Source: Bacteroidota bacterium
GTDB taxonomy: Bacteria; Bacteroidota; Rhodothermia; Rhodothermales; JABDKH01
Assembly (NCBI GenBank): GCA_020437385.1
Contig: JAGQWL010000143.1
Coordinates: 1-57,976, forward strand
Direction: 5' to 3'
Length of the DNA stretch: 57,976 nucleotides
Part shown: positions 8,119 to 17,220 of the stretch, one piece after another
How the letters are laid out: each line of letters begins with the position of its first letter
Position numbering within the stretch: the first letter of the stretch is position 1
The notes under the pieces: model-generated
What the model was told of the DNA's origin: nothing
Seen by the model: only the letters and a program-made list of their open reading frames with translations
The model's database searches: none
Made by a program: the position numbers and the translations under genes

Positions 8119-11100
8119 TCAGGCGCCATGACAGTGCTTGTACTTCTTGCCGCTTCCACACGGGCACGGGTCATTCCGTCCAACCCGATCCTCCACGGTC
8201 ACAGGCTGGCTCTTGGCCGTGGGATCGCGATCGCGTCCCTCGTTCTGATTGCCACCTGTAACGGCGTACGACGGAGACGCTTCTTCATGAATCGAACGCG
8301 CCTTGCGTGAGTCCATCCGAGGCTTGGGAGCGGCCGCCTGGCGGCCGGTGTCACCGCGTCGGCCATCGACCAACGGACCCGCGCGCATGACGAACGAGAC
8401 AAAGTCACCTCCGATTGTCTCCATCATCTCGGCGAACATCTTGAACGCCTCCATCTTGTATTCGATGAGCGGATCACGCTGCCCGAACGCTCGGAGCCCG
8501 ATCCCTTCCTTCAGCTCGTCGAGGTTGCGAAGGTGCTCCGTCCAGTTGGCGTCGATGAAGGACAGCAGCGCGGCCCTCTCGAGAGCATCGTTTACTTCCT
8601 GTCCGCGTGACTCCAACGCATCGTCTACTGCGGCAACGGCCCGCATGACCCTTCTGCCATCTGTAAAGTCGACGAACACGCGATCCGGCCGATTCTCCTG
8701 GTTCGCATTAACCATCTGCTTCATCGACTCCAGGAACGGCCGGGCAAGTGCGTTGCGCTTGCCGTGGTAGAACGCCACAGCGGCGTCAACAGCCTTATCG
8801 ACGACTCCCTCCTCGCCGAGCTGCAGAAACTCTTCTCGTTCGATATCCAGATCCAGTGAGATCGTCCGCAGCAGATCTTCACGCATTTCCTCGAGATTGC
8901 CGTCCGCATAGTGCGTACCGACCATTCCAGACACCACCTGTCGCAACATTTCGAGGAAGTCTCCGCGAAGCCGTTCACCCTTGAGTGCGTGCATTCGGCG
9001 GTCATAAATAACCTCGCGCTGGGCGTTGAGAACGTCGTCGTACTCAAGCTGGCGCTTTCGTATTGAGAAGTTGTTCTCCTCGACCTTCTTCTGCGCACGC
9101 TCGATGCTCTTGTTCACCCACGGGTGCGTGATAACGGCACCTTCTTCGAGGTTGAGCCGGTCCATCACCTTCACGACACGATCCGTGGCAAAGAGACGCA
9201 TTAGGTTGTCCTCCAGGGAGACGTAAAACTGGCTTTCGCCGTGATCTCCCTGCCGACCCGAACGTCCACGCAACTGCAGGTCGATCCGCCGGCTTTCATG
9301 CCGCTCCGTGCCAATGATCGCAAGGCCGCCAAGCGCGTCAATTCCCTTAGCCAGTTTGATGTCCGTTCCACGACCCGCCATATTTGTCGCGATCGTGACC
9401 GCCCCCTTCTGCCCTGCCTCGGCAACGATGAGCGCTTCCTGTTTGGCGCGGTCTCGTTTTGCGTTCAGCACGTTGTGCGGAATTCCGGATCGCTTCAGCA
9501 TCCTGCTGACCGTTTCGGAGACCTCCACGGAAGTTGTACCGACGAGCACGGGCTGCCCCTTCTCGTGGTACTCCCTGATCTTGTCGATGACAGCATTGTA
9601 CTTCTCACGCTTGGTCTTGAAGACCAGGTCATCCAGGTCCTGACGAGCGATCGGAACGTTGGTCGGCACCACGACAACCTCCATCTTGTAGGTCTTGTGG
9701 AACTCCTCCGCCTCGGTTTCAGCCGTACCGGTCATCCCGGCAAGCTTATCGTACATCCTGAAATAGTTCTGCAGGGTAATCGTGGCGTACGTCTGAGTAG
9801 CCGCCTGAACCTTGACGTTCTCCTTGGCCTCAATCGCCTGGTGCAGACCATCGGAGTATCGTCGACCCGGCAGCACGCGACCGGTGTGGGTATCGACGAT
9901 CATGACCTTTCCATCCTGCACGATGTACTCTACGTCCTTCTCGTACAACGTATAAGCGCGCAGCAGTTGCTCAATTGCATGAAGTCGTTCTGCGCGGTCC
10001 GAGTAAGTTGTATATAGATTCCGGCGGTTGTCCTCAAACTCCTTCCTCAGAAGGCTCAGGTCGTTTTCGTATTTGTGCTGCCGCTTCTCTTCAGTCAGTG
10101 AGGTGTCCGCCTCCAACTCGCCCAGCAGATTGGATCGCTTGTCGGCAAGGTCGGTCTCGAACTTCGCAATCTCCTCGCCAATGTCCGGAAGAACGAAGAG
10201 GTCGGCCTCCTGACCGGCGGCCTTTGCCGTGTAGGATCTACCTTTCTCGGTCATCTCGAGAGCATGGCCCTTTTCGTCGAGTGCGAAGTACAGCTCTTCG
10301 TCGACGAATGGCATGTGCTTGGCATTGTCCTGGAGATAATAATACTCGGTCTTCTGAAGCAGCGGTCCGACACCGGGCTCTCCGAGGAGCTTCCGGAGTT
10401 TCGGATTCCGCTGGAAGCCGCGGTTGGCCCGAAGCAGAGACAGCCCCGCTTCCGATTCAAGTTCGCCGGCCAGCTTCTTGTCACCCTTCTCGATGGCCTC
10501 ATCACGCTCCTTGAGCAGCCGCTCGGCATCCGCCACGAACTGCGCCACAAGCTTCTTCTGCGCCGAAACCAACTTGTCAACGGCCGGCCGCAACTCTTCA
10601 AACCGATCCTCGTCCGCCTGCGGAACCGGGCCTGATATGATGAGCGGCGTACGCGCCTCGTCAATCAGCACCGAGTCGACTTCGTCGACAATCGCAAAGT
10701 GGTGGCCACGCTGGACAAGCTGATTCGGATCAACAACGAACGAGTTGTCTCGCAGGTAATCGAATCCGAATTCGTTGTTTGTGCCGTACGTGATGTCCGC
10801 AGCATACGCGGCTCGTCTTTCTTCTGAATGCGGTTCGTACTGATCGATTACTGCAACGCTGAGCCCCAGGTACTCGAAGATCGGTCCCATCCATTCGGCG
10901 TCACGCTGCGCCAGATACGGGTTAACGGTGACCAGATGTACACCGCGACCAACGAGCGCGTTGAGATAAACGGGCGCGACAGCGACGAGGGTCTTTCCTT
11001 CACCCGTCTTCATTTCCGCAATCGACCCGCGGTGAATCGCAACACCGCCCAGAAGCTGCACGTCGTACGGGACCATATCCCACACAACCTCCTGCCCTCC

Positions 11101-11571
11101 TGCCGTCCAGGTCTTGCCCTTCATTCTCCGGCATGCCTCCTTGACGACGGCAAAGGCCTCGGGTAGTATCTCCTCCAGCTTATCCTCGATCGTATCCAGC
11201 CAGAGCTCGTCAAGTTTGTCAAGGTGGTCGTACAACTCCTGACGGTCATCGAGCGAAAGCGTCTCGTCGTCCGCCCCTTCCGCATCCGACTCTTCGTCTT
11301 CGATCGGCATACCATCGGGGCCGACAGCTTCAAGCGTCTTTGCCGGGGCACCGAACCGCAGCCGTCGACTGACATCCGCGTGCTCGGCCTCAATCTCACG
11401 GACGGCCTCACGGAGCGCCGCCTTGAACTCGTCAGTTTTTCCCCTCAGCTGTTCGTCCGAGAGCGCCGAAACCGACGCTTCAACTGCATGAATCTGTTCG
11501 ACGACTGGCCACAGCTTCTTGAGCGAACGCTCGTTGCTGTCACCAAAAACCTTCTTTAGAAATGAAATCAT
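8119..11571 (-). CDS. secA: Preprotein translocase ATPase SecA (long, FCB-type)
   Basis: Evidence includes MISFLKKVFGDSNERSLKK, AEMKTGEGKTLVA, DEVDSVLIDEARTPLIISG, GTERHESRRIDLQLRGRSGRQGD, and the C-terminal zinc motif CPCGSGKKYKHCHG. Confidence 0.98.
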   Translation of the reverse strand: MISFLKKVFGDSNERSLKKLWPVVEQIHAVEASVSALSDEQLRGKTDEFKAALREAVREIEAEHADVSRRLRFGAPAKTLEAVGPDGMPIEDEESDAEGADDETLSLDDRQELYDHLDKLDELWLDTIEDKLEEILPEAFAVVKEACRRMKGKTWTAGGQEVVWDMVPYDVQLLGGVAIHRGSIAEMKTGEGKTLVAVAPVYLNALVGRGVHLVTVNPYLAQRDAEWMGPIFEYLGLSVAVIDQYEPHSEERRAAYAADITYGTNNEFGFDYLRDNSFVVDPNQLVQRGHHFAIVDEVDSVLIDEARTPLIISGPVPQADEDRFEELRPAVDKLVSAQKKLVAQFVADAERLLKERDEAIEKGDKKLAGELESEAGLSLLRANRGFQRNPKLRKLLGEPGVGPLLQKTEYYYLQDNAKHMPFVDEELYFALDEKGHALEMTEKGRSYTAKAAGQEADLFVLPDIGEEIAKFETDLADKRSNLLGELEADTSLTEEKRQHKYENDLSLLRKEFEDNRRNLYTTYSDRAERLHAIEQLLRAYTLYEKDVEYIVQDGKVMIVDTHTGRVLPGRRYSDGLHQAIEAKENVKVQAATQTYATITLQNYFRMYDKLAGMTGTAETEAEEFHKTYKMEVVVVPTNVPIARQDLDDLVFKTKREKYNAVIDKIREYHEKGQPVLVGTTSVEVSETVSRMLKRSGIPHNVLNAKRDRAKQEALIVAEAGQKGAVTIATNMAGRGTDIKLAKGIDALGGLAIIGTERHESRRIDLQLRGRSGRQGDHGESQFYVSLEDNLMRLFATDRVVKVMDRLNLEEGAVITHPWVNKSIERAQKKVEENNFSIRKRQLEYDDVLNAQREVIYDRRMHALKGERLRGDFLEMLRQVVSGMVGTHYADGNLEEMREDLLRTISLDLDIEREEFLQLGEEGVVDKAVDAAVAFYHGKRNALARPFLESMKQMVNANQENRPDRVFVDFTDGRRVMRAVAAVDDALESRGQEVNDALERAALLSFIDANWTEHLRNLDELKEGIGLRAFGQRDPLIEYKMEAFKMFAEMMETIGGDFVSFVMRAGPLVDGRRGDTGRQAAAPKPRMDSRKARSIHEEASPSYAVTGGNQNEGRDRDPTAKSQPVTVEDRVGRNDPCPCGSGKKYKHCHGA

Positions 11572-11950
11572 CTTGGGTGGAACGTAGTGGGACGGCCCGA
11601 TATCAGGACGGATTAGCCGTCCGATGTGACATTATGTCTGCACTTCGTGTCGACACATTGCCTGAAACAAGGGCCGGGGATTGCCTGTTCGTAACAAACA
11701 TCCCGTAATTCGCAAATTAGGTCGGTTTGGGGTTCTCGCTGCCGGAGAGGTCAAAAAGCGAGCCAACGATCCGAAAAATCAGCCATCGGCACGCGCCTCG
11801 AAGTGAGCGTTTCACGTAGCTTCGGTGTATCCGTTCCCGCCGGACGGGCCCGTCAGAACCCGGGCACGGCTAGACCGTACCAGCCTCCAGTCTGCGAACC
11901 GGCACGTGCATCCAGGACGTGCATTCCAAGTAAGCGAATACAGTCAAGCC

Positions 11951-12937
11951 ATGAAACGTGCGGTCCTCGCAATCGTCGCCTCGGCGGGCTTCCTCTTGTA
12001 CTCCGGCGTGGTGCCCGTAACCGCCGCCGCACAGTCCGCCGAGTCAACCGGTTTCCCGTTTCTCCGGCTGGACCCTTCAGCACGATCGGCCGCACTTTCA
12101 GGTGCTGTTGTCTCTCTCTTCGGCGCCGATGTCAACGCCCTCTACTACAATCCGTCATTGCTCGCCGAGGGTACTGATGGGGCCCTCTCGCTTTCGTATC
12201 TCAACCACGTTGCAGACCTGCGCTCCGGCGTACTGGTCTACGGACGCGAGATCCCGTCAATCGGATCGCTGGCCGCCGGCATCCGCTACATGAGCTGGGG
12301 CAAGCTGCAGGGAGCGACGGAGACCGGCGAGCGAACAGGTGAATTCGGTGCGGGAGACTTCGCGCTGACCGTCGGCGGCTCACGGGCCTACACCGAGCGG
12401 GTGCGCATCGGGGCGAGCGTGCACGTTGTGTATTCGGGGATCGAGTCCTACTCCGCGTCCGCCCTTGCAGCGGATCTTGGCGTAACGTATCGCATCGAAC
12501 AATCCGGATTTGCCGCAAGTGCGTCTCTGAACAACTTCGGCGCCACACTGTCCAGCTTTGGCAATACCCGCGACCGCCTTCCGACCGACCTGCGCATTGG
12601 TGTCGCAAAGCGCCTCGCGAACGTTCCGCTGTTGCTCACCGTCATGGGCTACAATCTCAACAGGGAAGACAAGGGGGCGGATGGCAGCGGCACTGCCAAC
12701 GACATTCTTCGACATGTGGCGGTAGGCGGAGAATTCCAGTTCAGCGATGCGTTTCAGATCAGGATCGGATACAATCACCGACAGCACGAAGAGCTCAAAA
12801 GCAAATCACGGCTCGACTTCGCGGGTTTCGGCTTCGGGGCCGGAATCATGATCCGAGGCTTCCGATTCGATTACGCGTACAATTCGTGGTCGGAAATCGG
12901 CGGACTGAACAGACTAACGGTTGGCACCAATCTGTAG
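11951..12937 (+). CDS. Outer-membrane beta-barrel of the T9SS PorQ/PorV-like family (putative)
   Basis: The ATG at 11951 gives a signal peptide (MKRAVLAIVASAGFLLYSGVVPVTAAAQS). It is followed by FPFLRLDPSARSAALSGA, which I recall as typical of the PorQ/PorV family, and by an alternating beta-strand pattern that ends in an aromatic-rich C-terminus. The track start at 11825 (GTG) is probably too far upstream. Confidence 0.6.
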   Translation: MKRAVLAIVASAGFLLYSGVVPVTAAAQSAESTGFPFLRLDPSARSAALSGAVVSLFGADVNALYYNPSLLAEGTDGALSLSYLNHVADLRSGVLVYGREIPSIGSLAAGIRYMSWGKLQGATETGERTGEFGAGDFALTVGGSRAYTERVRIGASVHVVYSGIESYSASALAADLGVTYRIEQSGFAASASLNNFGATLSSFGNTRDRLPTDLRIGVAKRLANVPLLLTVMGYNLNREDKGADGSGTANDILRHVAVGGEFQFSDAFQIRIGYNHRQHEELKSKSRLDFAGFGFGAGIMIRGFRFDYAYNSWSEIGGLNRLTVGTNL

Positions 12938-13025
12938 GCACCCTGGCACGACGTGTGCCACTCGTTGGCTCGTGCGCGCCTGATGACGAATAAATGCCTT
13001 CCAGGCGTGCCGAAGCAAGCGTACC

Positions 13026-15320
13026 TTGCCCCGACACAAACCAGCCTCATTGAGCTTGCGCGGCTTTCTCCTCTCGTTATCCCTGTGCCTGTTTCTGTCA
13101 TTGGTGAGCGCTGAAGAAGCGAACAGCCAGGACACAGGCTCCGTTCGCGGTTTCGTATCGAAGCTCGAGAATGGAGAACCGATTCCGGATGCGAATGTCG
13201 TCGCACAGAACGATTCGGGCGTCGCCGGGACCTCCGTTACGAACAACGACGGAGTGTTCGTTATCCCGCGCCTGAAGCCCGGTCGGTACATCGTTGTCTT
13301 CACCCACGTCAGTCGAGTCTCCCGGCAGGACACCGTCACTGTCACCGCCGGCGGCCTCGTTTCTCTGGATGTCGAGCTTGCGTATCAGGAGCGGTCCCTT
13401 GAGGAACTCGAGATTATCGAGAACAAGATCGGCGGCCAGACGGAGATCAAGGCTGGACTCCAGACAGTCGACCCGGCGGACATGGACCTGATACCGTCAC
13501 CGGATGTTTCTGGTGATGTCGTTGCCGTTCTGAACGCGCTACCCGGCGTGGTTACGGCGGGGGATCAAGGCGGTCAGCTCTACATTCGTGGCGGCGAGCC
13601 GAGCCAGAATCTTGTCATGATTGACGGGATCCTGCTCTATCAGCCGTTCCACCTTGTCGGATTTTACTCGGCCTTTCCGAGCGACATTGTCTCGAGCGCG
13701 GATGTATACGCCGGTGGCTTCGGCGCGCGATACGGCGGTCGCCTCTCCTCCGTTATCGATATCGTCTCGCGGAACGGCAACACGAAACGATTCGGCGGGC
13801 AGTTTTCCATCTCGCCGTTCATCGCCGGCGCGACAATCGAGGGGCCGCTGTCGGATGTAAGCGACTACTCGTTCCTTCTAAGCGGTCGCAGCTCGACGGT
13901 TGAGCGGGCAGCCTCCAGCTACGTCGGGCAGGAGATCCCGTATCACTTCAACGACTTCTTCGGCAAGATTTTCGGTGCGCCACGCTCGAATGCGAGAATT
14001 GGCCTGACCGGTATCCGGACGTACGACCGCGGAATTGTCGGTGACGATATCGGCATTACCCCGCTCTCCGAAATTCGCTATGAAAACCGGGGACTCGGTG
14101 CCCGCTATCTCTATTTGCCCGGCACACTGCCCATTCTCGCCGAGTTCAGCTTCACGGCATCTGATCTGACGACGAGCCTCGGCCCGGAGGAACAACCCGA
14201 ACGCCAGGCGACAGCCGGCCGCATCGAGCTTGCAACCAACGTCACCCACTATACGCCTGTGGGCGCCGTCGAGTGGGGCCTGTTCGCCCGAACACTGAAG
14301 CTGCAAAGCGAACTAGGCGGCTCGTTTCAGAATTTTGTCTCCTATCGCGAATTCCTTACCGAAGCCGGGCTCTATGTTGGTCCGAAGCTGAACGTCGCAG
14401 ACGGAATGACACTCCAGCCCGGCCTGCGCGTGCACTCATTCCCAAGCAAGAACCGCGCGTTCGTCGAACCGCGCCTGAGATTTGAATGGGACCGCGAGAA
14501 GGACGCCCTGTCCTTCGCGGCGGGCCTGTATCATCAGGAGATCGTCGGCATCAACGATCGTCGGGACGCGGCGAGCGTGTTCACCGCGTGGGCGGCAACT
14601 CCCCTCGGCAGCGTGCCGCGGGCCATTCACGTCATCGCCGGCTACTCGCGCCAGGCGAATCGATTCGTCAACATCTCGGGCGAGGTGTACTTCAAAGACC
14701 TGCGCGATTTGTTGATCGGTGAATGGACTCCGTACCCTCGGTTTACGACACGGCTTCAGTATGCCGACGGACAGGTCTTCGGTCTCGATCTGCGTGCGGA
14801 AGTGAAGACCAATTCGTTTTATGGGTATGTGAACTACGGACTGTCGTCGGTTCAGTATACAGCGCGACAACCTTCACTCCTCGTCTGGTTCGGAACGGAT
14901 CGCTACCGCTTTCGTCCCGCGCATGACAGACGCCATCAGATCAACGTTGTTGCGACCACCACCGTTGGCAAGTTTACTGTGAGCGGGCGCTGGCAGTTTG
15001 GATCCGGACTTCCCTACAATCGCGCTGAGGGCTTTGACGGGTTCGTGTTGCTCAATACCGATGTGGACGTGTTCGAGAACCCCGGAAGCCGACGCGTCAT
15101 CTACGAAAAGCCGTTCAACGGAATACTGCCGACCTATCACCGGCTGGACCTTTCGATCGACCGCGACTTCAAGATCGGTCGGTCATCGATCACGGCGCAG
15201 TTCAGCGCGATCAATGCCTACAACCGGCCTAACATCTTCTACCTCGACGTGTTCACCCTGCGACGGGCGGACCAATTCCCGTTCCTTCCTTCACTCGGCA
15301 TCAAGGCAACAATCCGATAA
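13026..15320 (+). CDS. TonB-dependent receptor-like outer-membrane protein with N-terminal carboxypeptidase-regulatory-like domain
   Basis: It has a signal peptide and a CarboxypepD_reg-like segment (GSVRGFVSKLENGEPIPDANVVA...TNNDGVFVIPRLKPGRYIVVF). A plug-like segment follows (LNALPGVVTAGDQGGQLYIRGGEPSQNLVMIDGILLYQPFH...YGGRLSSVIDIVSRNG), then a long barrel. An alternative TTG start lies at 13050. Confidence 0.85.
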   Translation: MPRHKPASLSLRGFLLSLSLCLFLSLVSAEEANSQDTGSVRGFVSKLENGEPIPDANVVAQNDSGVAGTSVTNNDGVFVIPRLKPGRYIVVFTHVSRVSRQDTVTVTAGGLVSLDVELAYQERSLEELEIIENKIGGQTEIKAGLQTVDPADMDLIPSPDVSGDVVAVLNALPGVVTAGDQGGQLYIRGGEPSQNLVMIDGILLYQPFHLVGFYSAFPSDIVSSADVYAGGFGARYGGRLSSVIDIVSRNGNTKRFGGQFSISPFIAGATIEGPLSDVSDYSFLLSGRSSTVERAASSYVGQEIPYHFNDFFGKIFGAPRSNARIGLTGIRTYDRGIVGDDIGITPLSEIRYENRGLGARYLYLPGTLPILAEFSFTASDLTTSLGPEEQPERQATAGRIELATNVTHYTPVGAVEWGLFARTLKLQSELGGSFQNFVSYREFLTEAGLYVGPKLNVADGMTLQPGLRVHSFPSKNRAFVEPRLRFEWDREKDALSFAAGLYHQEIVGINDRRDAASVFTAWAATPLGSVPRAIHVIAGYSRQANRFVNISGEVYFKDLRDLLIGEWTPYPRFTTRLQYADGQVFGLDLRAEVKTNSFYGYVNYGLSSVQYTARQPSLLVWFGTDRYRFRPAHDRRHQINVVATTTVGKFTVSGRWQFGSGLPYNRAEGFDGFVLLNTDVDVFENPGSRRVIYEKPFNGILPTYHRLDLSIDRDFKIGRSSITAQFSAINAYNRPNIFYLDVFTLRRADQFPFLPSLGIKATIR

Positions 15321-15322
15321 TC

Positions 15323-16192
15323 GTGTTGACGAAACGACGACATATCGCTCACTCTGTCGGATTCGCATCGGCGTTGCTCGCGACTCTTTTGTTTTCCGCG
15401 TGTGAAACGTATGTCGATCCTGTGATCGACACGGATATCCCGTACACGATGTACGGTTTTTTCAATCCGACATCCGATACGCAGGCGGTTCGGATCTACC
15501 CCGTCGACGGCATTCTGGAACGTGGTGATGCATCTCCCCTGGATGCCGTTGTTACCGCGATCAACCTTTCGAACGGGTTGCAGGTCGCGTGGCGAGATTC
15601 GGTTGTGACGTATCGGGACGGCGAAATCGGTCACGTCTATTGGGGTCGCATGTCGGTCGCCTATGAAGGACGTTATCGCCTGGAGGTGAGGCGGTCAGAC
15701 GGTGTGGTCACCGCCGTCGAGGCCGATGTCCCTCCACTGACCGAGGGACAGCCCGACGACGGGAACCTGTCGCGACCGACGCTGCCAATCAACGTGTTGT
15801 GGCCGGACGCCCCGAACCTGATCGACATCAGTGTGGTTTACGAAACGAGCAACGGCAACTATGAAGTTCTCTACGGTCAGGAGCAGATCGAGACGTCCGA
15901 GGGCCGGGTGGTCGTGGTCAACTTCAGACAGGACGCGGCCAACATTATTCAGGACGGAGCATTCCTCGGTTTCCAGCGAGCAATCCTCTACCGAATGCGA
16001 ATGTCTCTCGTGGTGACGAACTCTGAGTGGACTCCGCCCGGAGGCGTGTTTGATCCGGAAGTGCTGGTCGAACGCGGTGTCTTTTCGAATGTCGACAACG
16101 GGTACGGCTTCGTCGGCGGGGGCTACCGCGCGGAAGTCGAGTGGGTACCGAGCGACACGCTCATGACGCGCGCCGGATTTCGCGTAGAGTGA
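15323..16192 (+). CDS. Lipoprotein, DUF4249-like (usual partner of CarboxypepD_reg TonB-dependent receptors)
   Basis: It has a lipobox (LLATLLFSAC). The GTG start lies 2 nt after the receptor stop. The size and the pairing with the upstream receptor fit the DUF4249 pattern I recall from Bacteroidota. The family call was not verified. Confidence 0.6.
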   Translation: MLTKRRHIAHSVGFASALLATLLFSACETYVDPVIDTDIPYTMYGFFNPTSDTQAVRIYPVDGILERGDASPLDAVVTAINLSNGLQVAWRDSVVTYRDGEIGHVYWGRMSVAYEGRYRLEVRRSDGVVTAVEADVPPLTEGQPDDGNLSRPTLPINVLWPDAPNLIDISVVYETSNGNYEVLYGQEQIETSEGRVVVVNFRQDAANIIQDGAFLGFQRAILYRMRMSLVVTNSEWTPPGGVFDPEVLVERGVFSNVDNGYGFVGGGYRAEVEWVPSDTLMTRAGFRVE

Positions 16193-16198
16193 CCGCGC

Positions 16199-17143
16199 CT
16201 AATCGGCACCGGGCACGGCGCGACCAGGACTCGAGGAAAGCTCTCCCTGCTGGCGCAGGTAGATAAGTGTGGTGTCGAGCGTCCCGTGTCGCATCCGCCT
16301 GCGTACCTCTTCGACATTGACCCCATCGTTCAGCCAGATCAGCGCGGCCGTGTGGGTCAGGCTATGCGGTGAAATACCCGGACGCTTGATTCCGGCTGCC
16401 TCCAGATACAGGTTGATCCGGCTGCGAACCGAACGCGTGTTCAATCGCTTGCCTTCGGATCTGTGTCCGTGCGATACGATCAACGGATCGTTCGGACGGA
16501 TGCGCGACCGCGTGTCGAAGTACAGACGGAGTTTGTTCATGACCGGCGGATCGATCGGGACTTGCTGGTCCTTATCCGTTCGACCCTTACCCTGCACACG
16601 CAAGAACCAACCGAGCAACGTCTGTTCGAGATCGCCGACATCGGCCCTGATCAATTCAATCTCGCTGAGTCCCGCGTAAAGCATCAGGAAGATCATCGCG
16701 TGATCGCGCTTGTCGAGCATCGACTCCGGGCGCATTACCGAGAGCAATTGATCGATTTCCGTCTGGGTAAGCACCTCGCGCGAATGCGACGTGGGGCGAC
16801 GATTCCCCTTCACCAACCGCGCCGGATTCGTTGCCAAAAGTCCGATGTCGACGAGGTATTGGCACAGGCGTCTTACGGCCGTCAGGTACGTGGAAACCGA
16901 GACCTCGTGAAGTTGACGCTCCGATGCGAGGTACTCCTTGTATGCCGCGACGCTCTCGGTAGAAAACTCGAAGCGACCCTCACCTTTCTCGATGTACCGC
17001 TCAAACTCAGATAGCGAACGTCTGTACGTCCCTACCGTCGCGGGAGAGTTGGAAGAAAGGTATTCCCGTACGAAGTCGTCTATGCGGCGACGAACTTCAC
17101 TGCGGGTCAGTGAAATTGATGCGTCCGACATCGGATTGCCCAT
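16199..17143 (-). CDS. Xer-like tyrosine recombinase family protein with apparently degenerate catalytic arginines
   Basis: The N-terminal SAM-like core-binding domain carries TVGTYRRSLSEFERYI and VSVSTYLTAVRRLCQYL. The C-terminal catalytic domain aligns to XerD by eye: LYAGLSEIEL (Ser where Arg-I is expected), VQGKGRTDK (Lys present), SPHSLTHTAA (Thr where Arg-II is expected), and RHGTLDTTLIY (His and the Tyr nucleophile present). Confidence 0.8.
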   Translation of the reverse strand: MGNPMSDASISLTRSEVRRRIDDFVREYLSSNSPATVGTYRRSLSEFERYIEKGEGRFEFSTESVAAYKEYLASERQLHEVSVSTYLTAVRRLCQYLVDIGLLATNPARLVKGNRRPTSHSREVLTQTEIDQLLSVMRPESMLDKRDHAMIFLMLYAGLSEIELIRADVGDLEQTLLGWFLRVQGKGRTDKDQQVPIDPPVMNKLRLYFDTRSRIRPNDPLIVSHGHRSEGKRLNTRSVRSRINLYLEAAGIKRPGISPHSLTHTAALIWLNDGVNVEEVRRRMRHGTLDTTLIYLRQQGELSSSPGRAVPGAD

Positions 17144-17220
17144 TGATTTCCATGCGAACTGGCCTAATCAATGAAAGCAAACTGACATTGTCAATAACGG
17201 ATATCAAATCCGTCCACGAA

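Noticed and set aside
8018-8167. N-terminal extensions of track ORFs: recN to 8167, E2 to 19170, pyrB to 29165, pyrR to 29737, M28 from 30593, pabBC from 33020, ATP-grasp to 41512, ppx to 43207, porQ-like from 11825
   Set aside because: In each case the extension is Arg/Pro-rich, overlaps the neighbouring gene or its antisense, and precedes an internal start that yields the canonical family N-terminus or a signal peptide.
9241-10017. 258-aa plus-strand ORF (and other plus ORFs within 8128..11559)
   Set aside because: It is antisense to secA and is a shadow ORF of a high-GC gene.
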